Source of the DNA: Acidobacteriota bacterium
GTDB lineage: Bacteria; Acidobacteriota; UBA6911; RPQK01; JAPXNP01
Direction: 5' to 3'
DNA length: 64,000 nucleotides
Assembly (NCBI GenBank): GCA_037388505.1
Contig: JARRKC010000006.1
Coordinates: 4,046 to 68,045 of the forward strand
The notes below the pieces were generated by a model. That model did not search any database. It had not been told where the DNA came from and saw only the letters and a list, made by a program, of their open reading frames with translations. Numbering within the stretch: position 1 is the first letter of the stretch; the number at the start of each line of letters is the position of its first letter. Shown here one piece after another: positions 29,127 to 38,106 of this stretch. The position numbers and the translations under genes are program-made.

Positions 29127-30077
29127 GTGAGATTACCGGCACGCCCCGTAGATCTCTACTTTGCACTGGTCACAGCGCTCATGGAGTCCGTCAGGATGAC
29201 CGGGTCACTCACTCTCGGTCGACTCTTCAGCAAGGCGGCGGCAACAGCCGCATACGGGCTCTCTCCGGTCAGGCGCAGGCAGAAGGAAAGGGCGCTTGCG
29301 CTGGCCTTCGGTTCATTGGAGCGTCATGAAGCTCGGAGAATCGTTACCGGAAGTTTCCTCAACTTCTGGGAGGATCTGTTCCTGGAGCTCGGAGTCGAAC
29401 GCCCGGAACGAAAGGGCGGGGCCCTGCTCGAGGGGGAAGAACACCTCGATGCTGCGCTGGTGCGTGGGAACGGCGCCATTCTGTGGGAAAGCAATTCCTT
29501 CGGGAGGCGTGCGCTGGCCAAAGAGATCCTGGCGTCGCACGGCCATCGTCTCGTTCAGCTCCATATCGAGAACCATCTGGGCGGGCTGCACAACGACGGG
29601 CTCGATCGAAGTTGGTTGCGTGAGAAGGTCCTCAACCGATGCTGGGAGGCCCGTGAGATGGAGTACCTCGAGGAGATCATCAGGTTGCCTCGAGATGGTT
29701 CGCTGGCCTACGCCCGAACTCTGCGCCACCGACTTCGCGCCAACAAGATCATCTGCAGCGCCGCTGACGGAAACTGGGGCGAAAAGACCATGGCGACTCC
29801 CTTTCTGGGAGGTGTACGGCACTTCTCAACGGGGATGGTGAGCTTGTCACGACTCACCGGTGCTCCTCTGATGCCCCTTTTCTGCTACCGCGAAACGGAT
29901 GGCCGCTTTCGAGTCAGAATCGACCCTCCTCTGGCCCACCCGCCGCGAATCGAGCGAGAGGAGGCGACTCGGAGGACGCTGGCGGAGTTTGCACGACTGC
30001 TCGAGTCCTGCGTCAAGGACCATCCGGAGCAATATCATGCCTGGCATAATGTCCCGGGGGAACGCGGAAGGATTTGA
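29127..30077 (+). CDS. LpxL/HtrB-like lysophospholipid acyltransferase family protein, atypical active site
   Basis: EGEEHLDAALVRGNGAIL, AADG, PFLGG, TGAPLMP and VKDHPEQY. The canonical HxxxxE/D motif is absent. Confidence 0.78.
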   Translation: MRLPARPVDLYFALVTALMESVRMTGSLTLGRLFSKAAATAAYGLSPVRRRQKERALALAFGSLERHEARRIVTGSFLNFWEDLFLELGVERPERKGGALLEGEEHLDAALVRGNGAILWESNSFGRRALAKEILASHGHRLVQLHIENHLGGLHNDGLDRSWLREKVLNRCWEAREMEYLEEIIRLPRDGSLAYARTLRHRLRANKIICSAADGNWGEKTMATPFLGGVRHFSTGMVSLSRLTGAPLMPLFCYRETDGRFRVRIDPPLAHPPRIEREEATRRTLAEFARLLESCVKDHPEQYHAWHNVPGERGRI

Positions 30078-30103
30078 GATCCGACGCTTATCGGAAGGCA
30101 GGA

Positions 30104-30131
30104 AGTTCCGAGTTCCGAGTTCCGAGTTCCG
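30104..30131. repeat. perfect 7-nt tandem repeat (AGTTCCG)x4
   Basis: Directly visible. A related tract lies at 44611-44645. Confidence 0.9.
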
Positions 30132-30317
30132 GGGGTACAAACCGGGTACCGAGGAGGATACTGCTTGTCCCTGCCCCGATAGAACGGTTCTGTGGCAGGT
30201 GGTGCTTTGGCTCCAGAGTTCCGATCGTCGACTCCGTCCGACGAGCCCGGCAGGTTCGACCCGTTTCACCAAGACACTGTCGAGCCTCCAGCTCCCAGCT
30301 TTGAGCTCCCAAGGACC

Positions 30318-32213
30318 TTAGCTCTGCCAGGTTCGGAACCCGATGATTCCCCAGTACCCGAGATAGATCAGAATGGTCAAATACAGGGCGCTCACCACGA
30401 GGGAGAGGCTCCACAGGGCCTCTCCATGATGCGCTTTCCACTGCAATACTGTCACCGTGAGTGCGCCAGCGACGGCCACGGCAAACAAGATCGTCAGCAC
30501 GAAGAGCGAAACCGACCAGAAGTCGGCGACCCCGTAAGTCCGCACCAGAGGGCCCGGCAGCCAAAGCAGCGGCAAGATCCCGGCGGCAAGGCAGCCCAGT
30601 GCCAGGGTCGGAAAAAGGATCAGCCGCCAGCCCGGTCGGGAACCCCCGCGGCCAAACAGCGAGGAGATCAAGCGAACGAGAATCGCGATCACCCAGATGG
30701 CGGAGAAGATCAAAGCAAACACCGCCACAATGCGTTCCACCCAGACCCGAAGCCCGGAGGCCCTCACGTAGTTCCCCTGCAGGTACTCGCTGAAAGCCTG
30801 CATTCCCGCTCTGCCCGGCCCGGTGCGGAAGAACAGAACGGTCGGCAGCGGTTCTCCTTCGGCACGGAAGCGGCGATCCGTCACCGGGAAGAGCTCGACC
30901 GCAGGACCCTCGAGTCTGTCCACCTCGAGCTTCCCCACGGCGTTCTGGATGTAGAGTACTCCAGCGATGCGGTCCCAAAAACTCAACCAGGTCCAGCGGG
31001 GGGTGACCGGCCGGTAGTAGCCGCTGACCGCTGCGATCCGGTACTCCGGAAGATCAGAGAACAGGGGCTGAGGCTGCTTCAACCCGTCCGTGCAAAACTC
31101 GCTGAGCAAATGCTCGGCCGACTCAAAATCGCCACGACTTCCCCCGTTTATCATGAGTGCATAGCCGAGGCCATCGCCGGGCAGGTAGCGAAAACAAGCC
31201 CACCCGCCGTCGACACTGCCTGCGAAGCCGTAAAAGACGAACCCTCCGGAAAGAAAGGTCCGCAACCCAAAGCCATCTCCTACTCGCAAACCCTGCTGCG
31301 CTGAGATGGAAGTGGAGGGTGTCTCCATCCGCTCGATGGATGACTCGGGCAGCCACTGAGTGTCAGCGAGCCTTCCCCGATTGAGCAGGAGTCGCAAGAG
31401 CCGCTGAAGATCCCGGGCAGACGCGGTCAACCCGAGTACGGGCCAGAGATCCGCCCCGCCCGGTCGAAACACGGGCGAGCCCTCGGGCAGGTAGCCGACG
31501 GCGAGGTCATCCGGGAAAGATTCCCCGGGACCGTACCAGAAGGAGGCCCTGACGCCGAGCGGCTGGAAGACTTCGCGGGTCATCCAAGTCGCGTAATCCT
31601 GCGCGGAGGTCTGCGTCTCGAGTATACGAACCGCCAGCATCGCTCCCAGGGTAGAGGGCAGAGCGTAAAGACCCGGGCGCCAACGCGCGACCAACTCAGC
31701 TTCGTTTCTCTGCAGAGTGTCGAGAACAGATTTCGATGTCTCCTGCCGTAGAGCGTACTCCCAAAGGGGCATGTCCTGCAGGCCGGAGGTCTGTTCCATC
31801 AGGTTGTCCAGGCGGATTGGGCTCTCCTGCTTGTATGGATTGGTAATCGTCAAATCGGGGATGAGAGAGCCAACGTCGGCTTGGATATCAAGTTTCCCCG
31901 CCGCGGCGATGCGCAGCAACCCAAGGGCCAGGAACGTCTCCGCGATCTCGCCGACACGAAAACGAGTATCCGGTCCGACCCAGACGCCGCTTTGGAGGTT
32001 CGCCTTGCCCAGTGAGATGAACCGGTCCTCGCCCCTCGGGCCGACGAGGACGGCGCTCAGTCCCGGGACGGCACGAGAATTCAAGAGATCGTCCAGGCTT
32101 TCCGTGAGCTCAGTGACCCGTCTCGATGTGAAGGCAACCTGTGATGCGGCAAGGCCGGATGCGGTGAACAACGAACCGACGACGATCAGCACGATCAGGC
32201 AATTTCGACTCAT
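30318..32213 (-). CDS. beta-lactamase/serine hydrolase fold protein with C-terminal TMs; catalytic motifs degenerate
   Basis: VPGLSAV, DTRFRVGEIAETF, LMEQTSGL, VFQPLG and GLTASARDL. SxxK is replaced by ExxE. Confidence 0.82.
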   Translation of the reverse strand: MSRNCLIVLIVVGSLFTASGLAASQVAFTSRRVTELTESLDDLLNSRAVPGLSAVLVGPRGEDRFISLGKANLQSGVWVGPDTRFRVGEIAETFLALGLLRIAAAGKLDIQADVGSLIPDLTITNPYKQESPIRLDNLMEQTSGLQDMPLWEYALRQETSKSVLDTLQRNEAELVARWRPGLYALPSTLGAMLAVRILETQTSAQDYATWMTREVFQPLGVRASFWYGPGESFPDDLAVGYLPEGSPVFRPGGADLWPVLGLTASARDLQRLLRLLLNRGRLADTQWLPESSIERMETPSTSISAQQGLRVGDGFGLRTFLSGGFVFYGFAGSVDGGWACFRYLPGDGLGYALMINGGSRGDFESAEHLLSEFCTDGLKQPQPLFSDLPEYRIAAVSGYYRPVTPRWTWLSFWDRIAGVLYIQNAVGKLEVDRLEGPAVELFPVTDRRFRAEGEPLPTVLFFRTGPGRAGMQAFSEYLQGNYVRASGLRVWVERIVAVFALIFSAIWVIAILVRLISSLFGRGGSRPGWRLILFPTLALGCLAAGILPLLWLPGPLVRTYGVADFWSVSLFVLTILFAVAVAGALTVTVLQWKAHHGEALWSLSLVVSALYLTILIYLGYWGIIGFRTWQS

Positions 32214-32357
32214 GGGTGATGCCCACTCCACGTTGTCGGCGCCCTTTCAGGACTCTTCCCGAGAGGCGCACGCTAAGCTGAGTCTATGTGGCGTGTGTGC
32301 AACCGTCAACAAGCGAGACACGAGCACTGGGAGAGGGTCTCATGGGAGGCGGACGGT

Positions 32358-32600
32358 TCACCCCGTCCATTGCTCGGCCAGAGTGTCGGAAAACCCGAGA
32401 TGGTCCGGAGTCTCTTCTTCGAAGACCCGCGCAGAGGAGTTTTCCGCGAGGAAACTCCCGATCGCCTCGATGAGGTGTGCAGGGAACGGGTGCCCACACA
32501 ACAGGCAGGTGGGACAGAGCAGTTCGCCTGTCGAAGCGGTTCGATAACGCAGAACCGATCGGCAGTGTGGACACGGAACCAAGACCTCACGACCAGCCAT
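32358..32600 (-). CDS. small putative zinc-finger protein
   Basis: VPCPHC...CPTCLLCGHPF; fits the gap between two minus-strand genes. Confidence 0.5.
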   Translation of the reverse strand: MAGREVLVPCPHCRSVLRYRTASTGELLCPTCLLCGHPFPAHLIEAIGSFLAENSSARVFEEETPDHLGFSDTLAEQWTG

Positions 32601-32674
32601 GTATCGAGATTATAGACTAAGGGTGATGACACCAGCGTTGAGGGCCTGAATGGAGTCGGTTCCTGTGGCAGGCG

Positions 32675-33787
32675 CTACTCGACGGTCCGACCCAGACTTC
32701 CCAATGTCTTTGCGAGCTTGGTTTTCAATTCGGAGATCTCGCCGTAGCGCTCCGATGCCAGGACTTGGACTCCGGCTGGGGCGGGGTCGAGCGCCGCCGG
32801 AGCATCTTCGCCGACCAGAAGGACCGAAAACGCAGAGACGACTGCAGTCAGCTGTTCCAGGAGACGCGCACTGCTCTTTAGTCCCGTCGTGTCCAGGATC
32901 AGCATGCGGGATGCCCTCAAAAGCGGTCCGACGTTCCTTACCGGATCGACGCCTCCTCCGGGTCCGCCGCGTCGGTCCAGATCGCCGACGGCAGCTACGA
33001 ATCCGAGGTCTCCGACCAGCGAAGGAAACGCGTCACCCACCTCCTGCCGGGGTCCGCGAAAGCGTCCCAACACGAGGAGCACGCGCGATTCCGACGTCAT
33101 CGAGGCGAATGGTATCGGGCGTCGGCCGTACAGCAGGAGACTCATGCACTGCGCCGTCTCGAGATCGCCCACCCATATCGGCGGATCACTTCTGGGGGTG
33201 ATCATCAGCTTGGACTGAACAGAGGGTTCTCCTTCCAGTTTCCAGGCCGCAATGCCGTGCACCCAGCAAGAGGACAAGCGAGCCCCCTGGATACGGGTTC
33301 CAACCAGAGAGGCGGCGGTCAAGTCGGCTCCCTCCAAAAGCGCATCCGAGAGGTTCGCCTCGTGGAAGTTCGCACTCATCAGATGAGCCCCAGTCAGATC
33401 AGCACCGGACAAATCGGCCCCCATCAGCATGGCCCCTAAGAGATTGGCACCATTGAGACGCGCTGATTTCAGTCGAGTACCGAAGAGGAAGGCACCGAAG
33501 AAACTCGTACCGGTCAGATTCGCCTGATTCAGAACCGCACCCAGCAGGTCCGCCAGAATCAGTGTTGCCGATTCCAGATCGGCGGAATGCAGGGATGCGT
33601 GGCTCAATTGTGCTTTACTCAGATCAGCCCGTCGGAGATCCGCATTATCGAGAACGGCTCGCTCGAGATCAGCGTTGACAAGGCGCGCATCGCTGAGATC
33701 CGGTTTGATCTCAGGGTGCTGTCTCCTCCACTCGTTCCAGCCGTCTACGCCCTCGAGAAGCCTCTTGAGATGAGACGGATTTGCCAT
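32675..33787 (-). CDS. pentapeptide repeat protein with C-terminal alpha/beta domain
   Basis: MANPSHL...GVDGWNEWR N-terminus, many A(D/N)Lxx repeats, and C-terminal VLLVLGRF. Confidence 0.9.
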   Translation of the reverse strand: MANPSHLKRLLEGVDGWNEWRRQHPEIKPDLSDARLVNADLERAVLDNADLRRADLSKAQLSHASLHSADLESATLILADLLGAVLNQANLTGTSFFGAFLFGTRLKSARLNGANLLGAMLMGADLSGADLTGAHLMSANFHEANLSDALLEGADLTAASLVGTRIQGARLSSCWVHGIAAWKLEGEPSVQSKLMITPRSDPPIWVGDLETAQCMSLLLYGRRPIPFASMTSESRVLLVLGRFRGPRQEVGDAFPSLVGDLGFVAAVGDLDRRGGPGGGVDPVRNVGPLLRASRMLILDTTGLKSSARLLEQLTAVVSAFSVLLVGEDAPAALDPAPAGVQVLASERYGEISELKTKLAKTLGSLGRTVE

Positions 33788-33969
33788 GATCCTTAACCCC
33801 CGGCAAACAAGAGAACCCAGGCCCTGTCCGGCCCTCCTGTAGAGTACTGCGCTTCTCGACCCACCGCAATCGCGACGTCTCCCGCGATCCGCCGATCGAG
33901 GGGAGAGATTCCCAACCTGAGGGGTTATAATCGTTTCCATCGATTTGCCTGCAACTCGGGGAGGACCTA

Positions 33970-34299
33970 ATGGAAGAGAACTATACCTACGAAGAATTGA
34001 GTAAGAAGACGGTTGCGCAGCTTCGGGAACTCGCCTCCGGAATGGAGCACGAAGCTCTGCAAGGGTATACGCAACTGCACAAGGCCGATCTCCTTGCGAA
34101 GCTTTGTGAGGCGCTGGGCATCCCGATGCATGCTCAGCAGGATGTCAAAGGAATCAAGAAGACCGAGATCAAGGGCCAGATTCGCAAGCTCAAGCTCGAG
34201 CGTAACAAAGCGCTCGAAGCGAAGGATTCCAAGAAACTTCGAGAAGTTCGAGCGGAAATGAAGCTCCTCAAACGCCACCTCCGAAAGGCGGCTTCCTGA
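33970..34299 (+). CDS. small basic helical protein (Rho-N/HeH-like N-terminus)
   Basis: GGGAGGA RBS; ELSKKTVAQLRELA...LHKADLL; abuts pfkA (TGA-ATG). Confidence 0.8.
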   Translation: MEENYTYEELSKKTVAQLRELASGMEHEALQGYTQLHKADLLAKLCEALGIPMHAQQDVKGIKKTEIKGQIRKLKLERNKALEAKDSKKLREVRAEMKLLKRHLRKAAS

Positions 34300-35457
34300 A
34301 TGGCAAAGCACATCGGAATACTCACCGCGGGAGGGGACAGTCCTGGACTGAATGCCGCCATCCGCGGCGTCGGCAAGGCTGCAATCGGCGCATACGAGAT
34401 GGATGTCATCGGTTTCCGCGACGGCTTTCGAGGGCTGATGCAGAACAGGATCATGCGGCTGGACAGCGCCGCTCTCTCCGGCATCATCACCCGGGGCGGC
34501 ACTATCCTGGGGGCAAGCCGCGACAAGCCTCACAAGATGCCGGTGGGAAACCGTCTCCTGGACATGACCGATGTGATGGTGACCACCTACGAAAAACACC
34601 ATCTCGATGTGCTCGTCTGTCTGGGTGGAGGAGGCACACACAAGAATGCCCTGCGACTGAAGGACAAAGGACTCAAGATCGTCACTCTGCCCAAGACAAT
34701 CGACAACGACCTGGCCATGACGGATGTGTCGTTCGGATTCGACACTGCTCTGGGTATCGCGACGGAAGCGATCGATCGCCTGCACAGTACGGCTCACAGC
34801 CATCACCGGATCATCGTGGTCGAGATCATGGGCCACCGGTCGGGATGGCTGGCCTTGGGGAGCGGTATCGCCGGCGGGGCGGACGTCATCCTGATTCCTG
34901 AGATTCCCTACGACATCAACGCCGTGGCGACGGCGATCCGAAGCCGAAGCAGCCAAGGTAAGCAATTCAGCATCGTCGCCCTCTCCGAAGGTGCAATGTC
35001 CAGGGAAGATGCCGCCGCCCTTGAGAAAGTGGACGAGAAGAAGAAAAAGAAGGCGCACGACCAAAAAAAGAAGAGCAGGGGCGGGGCGGAAGAACCCGAC
35101 GAAGGCGAGGATGCCGATTCGGAGCTTGCCCATCTGGAACTGAGGCTGGCGAATCGAACCCTGTCGCTGTCCAAGCGACTGGAAGAACTGACGGGCCTGG
35201 AGAGCCGCGTAACCATCCTCGGCCACCTGCAGCGAGGGGGAACTCCATCGGCGGCGGATCGACTGCTGGCGACCCGGCTGGGTACGGCCTGTGCCCAGCT
35301 CATCCGCGACGATGTCCACGGTGTCATGGTAGCGGCCCGAGGTGAAGGTACTGAACCGGTTCCCCTGGAGGAAGTCGCCGGGAAGCGACACGAAGTACCT
35401 CTGGATCATCCGTGGATCCAATGTGCTCGGGACGTCGGGACCTGTCTCGGGGACTGA
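34300..35457 (+). CDS. pfkA: 6-phosphofructokinase
   Basis: [37 protein letters not shown] and DRLLATRLG. Confidence 0.95.
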   Translation: MAKHIGILTAGGDSPGLNAAIRGVGKAAIGAYEMDVIGFRDGFRGLMQNRIMRLDSAALSGIITRGGTILGASRDKPHKMPVGNRLLDMTDVMVTTYEKHHLDVLVCLGGGGTHKNALRLKDKGLKIVTLPKTIDNDLAMTDVSFGFDTALGIATEAIDRLHSTAHSHHRIIVVEIMGHRSGWLALGSGIAGGADVILIPEIPYDINAVATAIRSRSSQGKQFSIVALSEGAMSREDAAALEKVDEKKKKKAHDQKKKSRGGAEEPDEGEDADSELAHLELRLANRTLSLSKRLEELTGLESRVTILGHLQRGGTPSAADRLLATRLGTACAQLIRDDVHGVMVAARGEGTEPVPLEEVAGKRHEVPLDHPWIQCARDVGTCLGD

Positions 35458-35625
35458 GTCTCAGTTCCCGTTTGACTCCATCCTCCCGGTCTCATATGAT
35501 GGCTGATTGGGAAGGCGTAACCCCCTTCAACGCGCCCTGCAATCTCTCGACTTTCAGACATTAGACGCATGTCCCTCTAACCACGCCTTCCGTTTGAAGA
35601 TGGGTTCTATCCGGGGAGTAGTGTC

Positions 35626-36660
35626 GTGGCTGTCGTCCCATATGCTGCCGGTGCCGCGTTCCTTCGGGACGCTCTCGTGTGCGAAGACCATCCCCTCTAT
35701 GACTACCTCTCGAATACGGCAGCAACCGATGAAGGCGTCTCGTCCAGTGCTCCTCTCTTCGAACTGAGTCCCCTGGATCATGCCGGATCGGTCTTTGCCT
35801 GCCGTGATCTTCACTCTTCCGCCCGCATCGTGTGCAAGTTCTTTTCGGCGCGTTCCAACCTCCCGGCAGGGGAACCATTGCATCTGATGGACTACGAATT
35901 CCGGGCCTTGACCAGCGTCCGTTCGGCGGGATTCGAGCAAGCACCTTTCCGTGTCGTCCGTCCACTGGGCAAACGTGAATCGCTGGGTTGCCTGCTGGCT
36001 GAAGAGTATATTGCCGGGAAGGATCTCGATCACTTCATCGCACTCGCGGCGCACTTTGGGGGAACCGAAGAATTGATGGGAAAGCTCGACCTGCTGGCTC
36101 ATTTCTTTGCGAGCCTGCACGGGTCGACCGTCCGTTGTCGCCCGCACAACTTCTACCGAACTTGCCGCGATTTCCGAGCCTTGGTGCGATCCCTATCGAC
36201 TGTAGACGGAATTCCCGGGGATGAACTTTCTGAGCTTCGGCATCTTTGTGACAAGTGGGAGAATCGTAGCGAAATGTGGATCGACGGCTCGAGCCTGGTC
36301 CACGGTGATGCGACTCCGACGAATTTCATTTTCGACAGCCCCGGCAGTGTGACCGCTATCGATTTCGAGCGTTCTCATATCGGTGATCCCACCCATGACC
36401 TGGGCTTGCTGGTCGCCGAATTGAAACATCATTTCGCTCTGCGCATTCACCAGGCGGTGGCTGCCGAGCCATTCATATCCCGTTTCTTGCGATGCTATGG
36501 TTCCCATGCCGGTCTCGGGGAAGCCGGTTTCCGAGGTCTGACTTTTCGCAGTCGCTTCTACATGGCCATGGGTGAACTACGCATCGCCCGCAACCCATGG
36601 TTGCCCCTGGGACACCGTCTCTGGCTTATCTGCGAGGCTTGCCGCTGTCTTAGACTATGA
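35626..36660 (+). CDS. APH/choline kinase-like phosphotransferase
   Basis: VCKFF, LVHGDATPTNF, IDFE and DLG. Confidence 0.85.
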   Translation: MAVVPYAAGAAFLRDALVCEDHPLYDYLSNTAATDEGVSSSAPLFELSPLDHAGSVFACRDLHSSARIVCKFFSARSNLPAGEPLHLMDYEFRALTSVRSAGFEQAPFRVVRPLGKRESLGCLLAEEYIAGKDLDHFIALAAHFGGTEELMGKLDLLAHFFASLHGSTVRCRPHNFYRTCRDFRALVRSLSTVDGIPGDELSELRHLCDKWENRSEMWIDGSSLVHGDATPTNFIFDSPGSVTAIDFERSHIGDPTHDLGLLVAELKHHFALRIHQAVAAEPFISRFLRCYGSHAGLGEAGFRGLTFRSRFYMAMGELRIARNPWLPLGHRLWLICEACRCLRL

Positions 36661-36720
36661 GGCATGGAAGGAACGTGCTGGACGGACTGACCGCATATCC
36701 CCGGGAGAAGACCACGAGCT

Positions 36721-37446
36721 ATGGCCAATCTGACGACCATCCTCTTCGATATCTACGGCACCCTGATCGACATCCACACCAATGAACAACGGGACGACAT
36801 CTTCGAGACTCTCAGCCGATTTCTGGGATACCGGCGCCTCGTCATCTCGCCGACCGCTTTGAAGGAACTGTACTTCAGCGAGTTGCACCAGCAGTTTGCC
36901 CGGAGTCGGGAGCGATTCCCCGAAGTGGATGTCGCGCGGGCTTTCGAACGGGCGCTGAGCGACCAGAGTCGGAATGCCGACCGCTTCCTTACCGTACTCG
37001 TGACTCAGTTGTACCGATCGTTGAGCCGCGAGCGGTTTGGTCTGTTTCCGGACACGTTCTGGACACTGACCGAGTTCCGCAAGCGTTACCGGCTGGGGAT
37101 CGTAACCGATGCTCAGCGTCTGTTCAGTTGTCCGGAGTTGCGGATGCTTCGAATCGAAGACTTCTTCGACTCTATCGTGATCTCGTCGGACTATGGATTT
37201 CGCAAACCGGATCCCCGTCTGTTCCACATTGCTCTCGCCGCAATGGACGCCCGTCCCGAAGAATCCGCCTATATCGGCAACAAGTATGAGACGGACCTGC
37301 TTGGGGCCCATAGTGCCGGCCTTCGCCTGGCCGGGCTCATCCACCAGTCGGAGGAGGATCGGAAAGCCCTTGGGCCGGAGCCCCAACCCGATTTCGTCGT
37401 CGAGAATCTACGGGCGGCCTACGATTTCATCACGGCGAAAGACTGA
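36721..37446 (+). CDS. HAD-superfamily hydrolase
   Basis: FDIYGTL, VTDA, KPDPRLF and YIGN..ETDL.GA. Confidence 0.9.
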   Translation: MANLTTILFDIYGTLIDIHTNEQRDDIFETLSRFLGYRRLVISPTALKELYFSELHQQFARSRERFPEVDVARAFERALSDQSRNADRFLTVLVTQLYRSLSRERFGLFPDTFWTLTEFRKRYRLGIVTDAQRLFSCPELRMLRIEDFFDSIVISSDYGFRKPDPRLFHIALAAMDARPEESAYIGNKYETDLLGAHSAGLRLAGLIHQSEEDRKALGPEPQPDFVVENLRAAYDFITAKD

Positions 37447-37477
37447 GCAGATTGGGGAGTTGGGCTCTGGAGAGAAC

Positions 37478-37613
37478 CCGGTGTCCACATCGTTGACACC
37501 TCTGCCCTTTGACCTGGAATCGGATCGGAAACGTCGCACGGACGGGTTCCCCGCGTTCTCGCCTGCCCCTGCTACACCTCATCCGGAGACTCCGGTGTCC
37601 ACGACGTAGTCAC
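37478..37613. promoter_or_regulatory. two candidate enhancer (UAS) sites for a sigma54 activator
   Basis: GGTGTC-N9-GACACC palindrome at 37480-37500. A second site, GGTGTC-N9-GTCACT, begins at 37594. Both share CCGGTGTCCAC. Confidence 0.55.
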
Positions 37614-37671
37614 TCCGACTCGACCGCCGACGCCGCAAACCTTCCTTGGATCGAGCTGCTAATTGTCACAC

Positions 37672-37684
37672 AGTCAAAGCTTTA
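37672..37684 (+). promoter_or_regulatory. IHF-like site
   Basis: AGTCAAAGCTTTA is one mismatch from WATCAANNNNTTR and lies between the UAS and the -24/-12 element. Confidence 0.35.
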
Positions 37685-37721
37685 TCAGGATTCGAACGCC
37701 GGTGGAAAACTGCAGATCCCG

Positions 37722-37738
37722 CTGGCATATCGATTGCT
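37722..37738 (+). promoter_or_regulatory. sigma54 (-24/-12) promoter
   Basis: CTGGCATATCGATTGCT gives TGGCA...TTGC with exact GG-N10-GC spacing, about 60 nt upstream of ATG 37796. Confidence 0.75.
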
Positions 37739-37795
37739 TGGTATGGGGTGGATGAGTCGCGGAGTTCCACTTCCGCGGGAAGGAGATGATGCAGG

Positions 37796-38104
37796 ATGAC
37801 ACGCCCGATCCTGCCGGATGGTGCCGATGAAACGGCGCCTCAGGTAGCAGTGAGCCATCAAGCCCGTATCGTGGTTGGTGGGCTCGGCACGTTGAAGCGC
37901 ACGCTGTCTTTGATCGCAGAGCAGGTAGAACAACTGGAAAAACTGGACCTGATCGATGCGTCCGAGTCGGTGCGTCTACGCGACCTTGCCACGCAGGTAA
38001 CCGATCTCGTCACGCACTATCGGGAGGGCCGCTTTCTGAGCAACCTCAAATCCCTGATCGATCTGACGCGGGATGAACTTCGGGAAGGTCATCGGAAAAT
38101 CTGA
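37796..38104 (+). CDS. hypothetical helical protein
   Basis: GGAAGGAG RBS, upstream sigma54 promoter, amphipathic helices; converges on the bEBP gene. Confidence 0.7.
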   Translation: MTRPILPDGADETAPQVAVSHQARIVVGGLGTLKRTLSLIAEQVEQLEKLDLIDASESVRLRDLATQVTDLVTHYREGRFLSNLKSLIDLTRDELREGHRKI

Positions 38105-38106
38105 AA

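Noticed and set aside
30104-30131. CRISPR array
   Set aside because: The units are 7-8 nt with no spacers, and there are no cas genes.
30318-36660. Antibiotic resistance genes (beta-lactamase, Qnr-like pentapeptide protein, aminoglycoside kinase)
   Set aside because: The resemblance is fold-level only. The lactamase fold lacks SxxK, and the other two belong to broad families with no mobile context.
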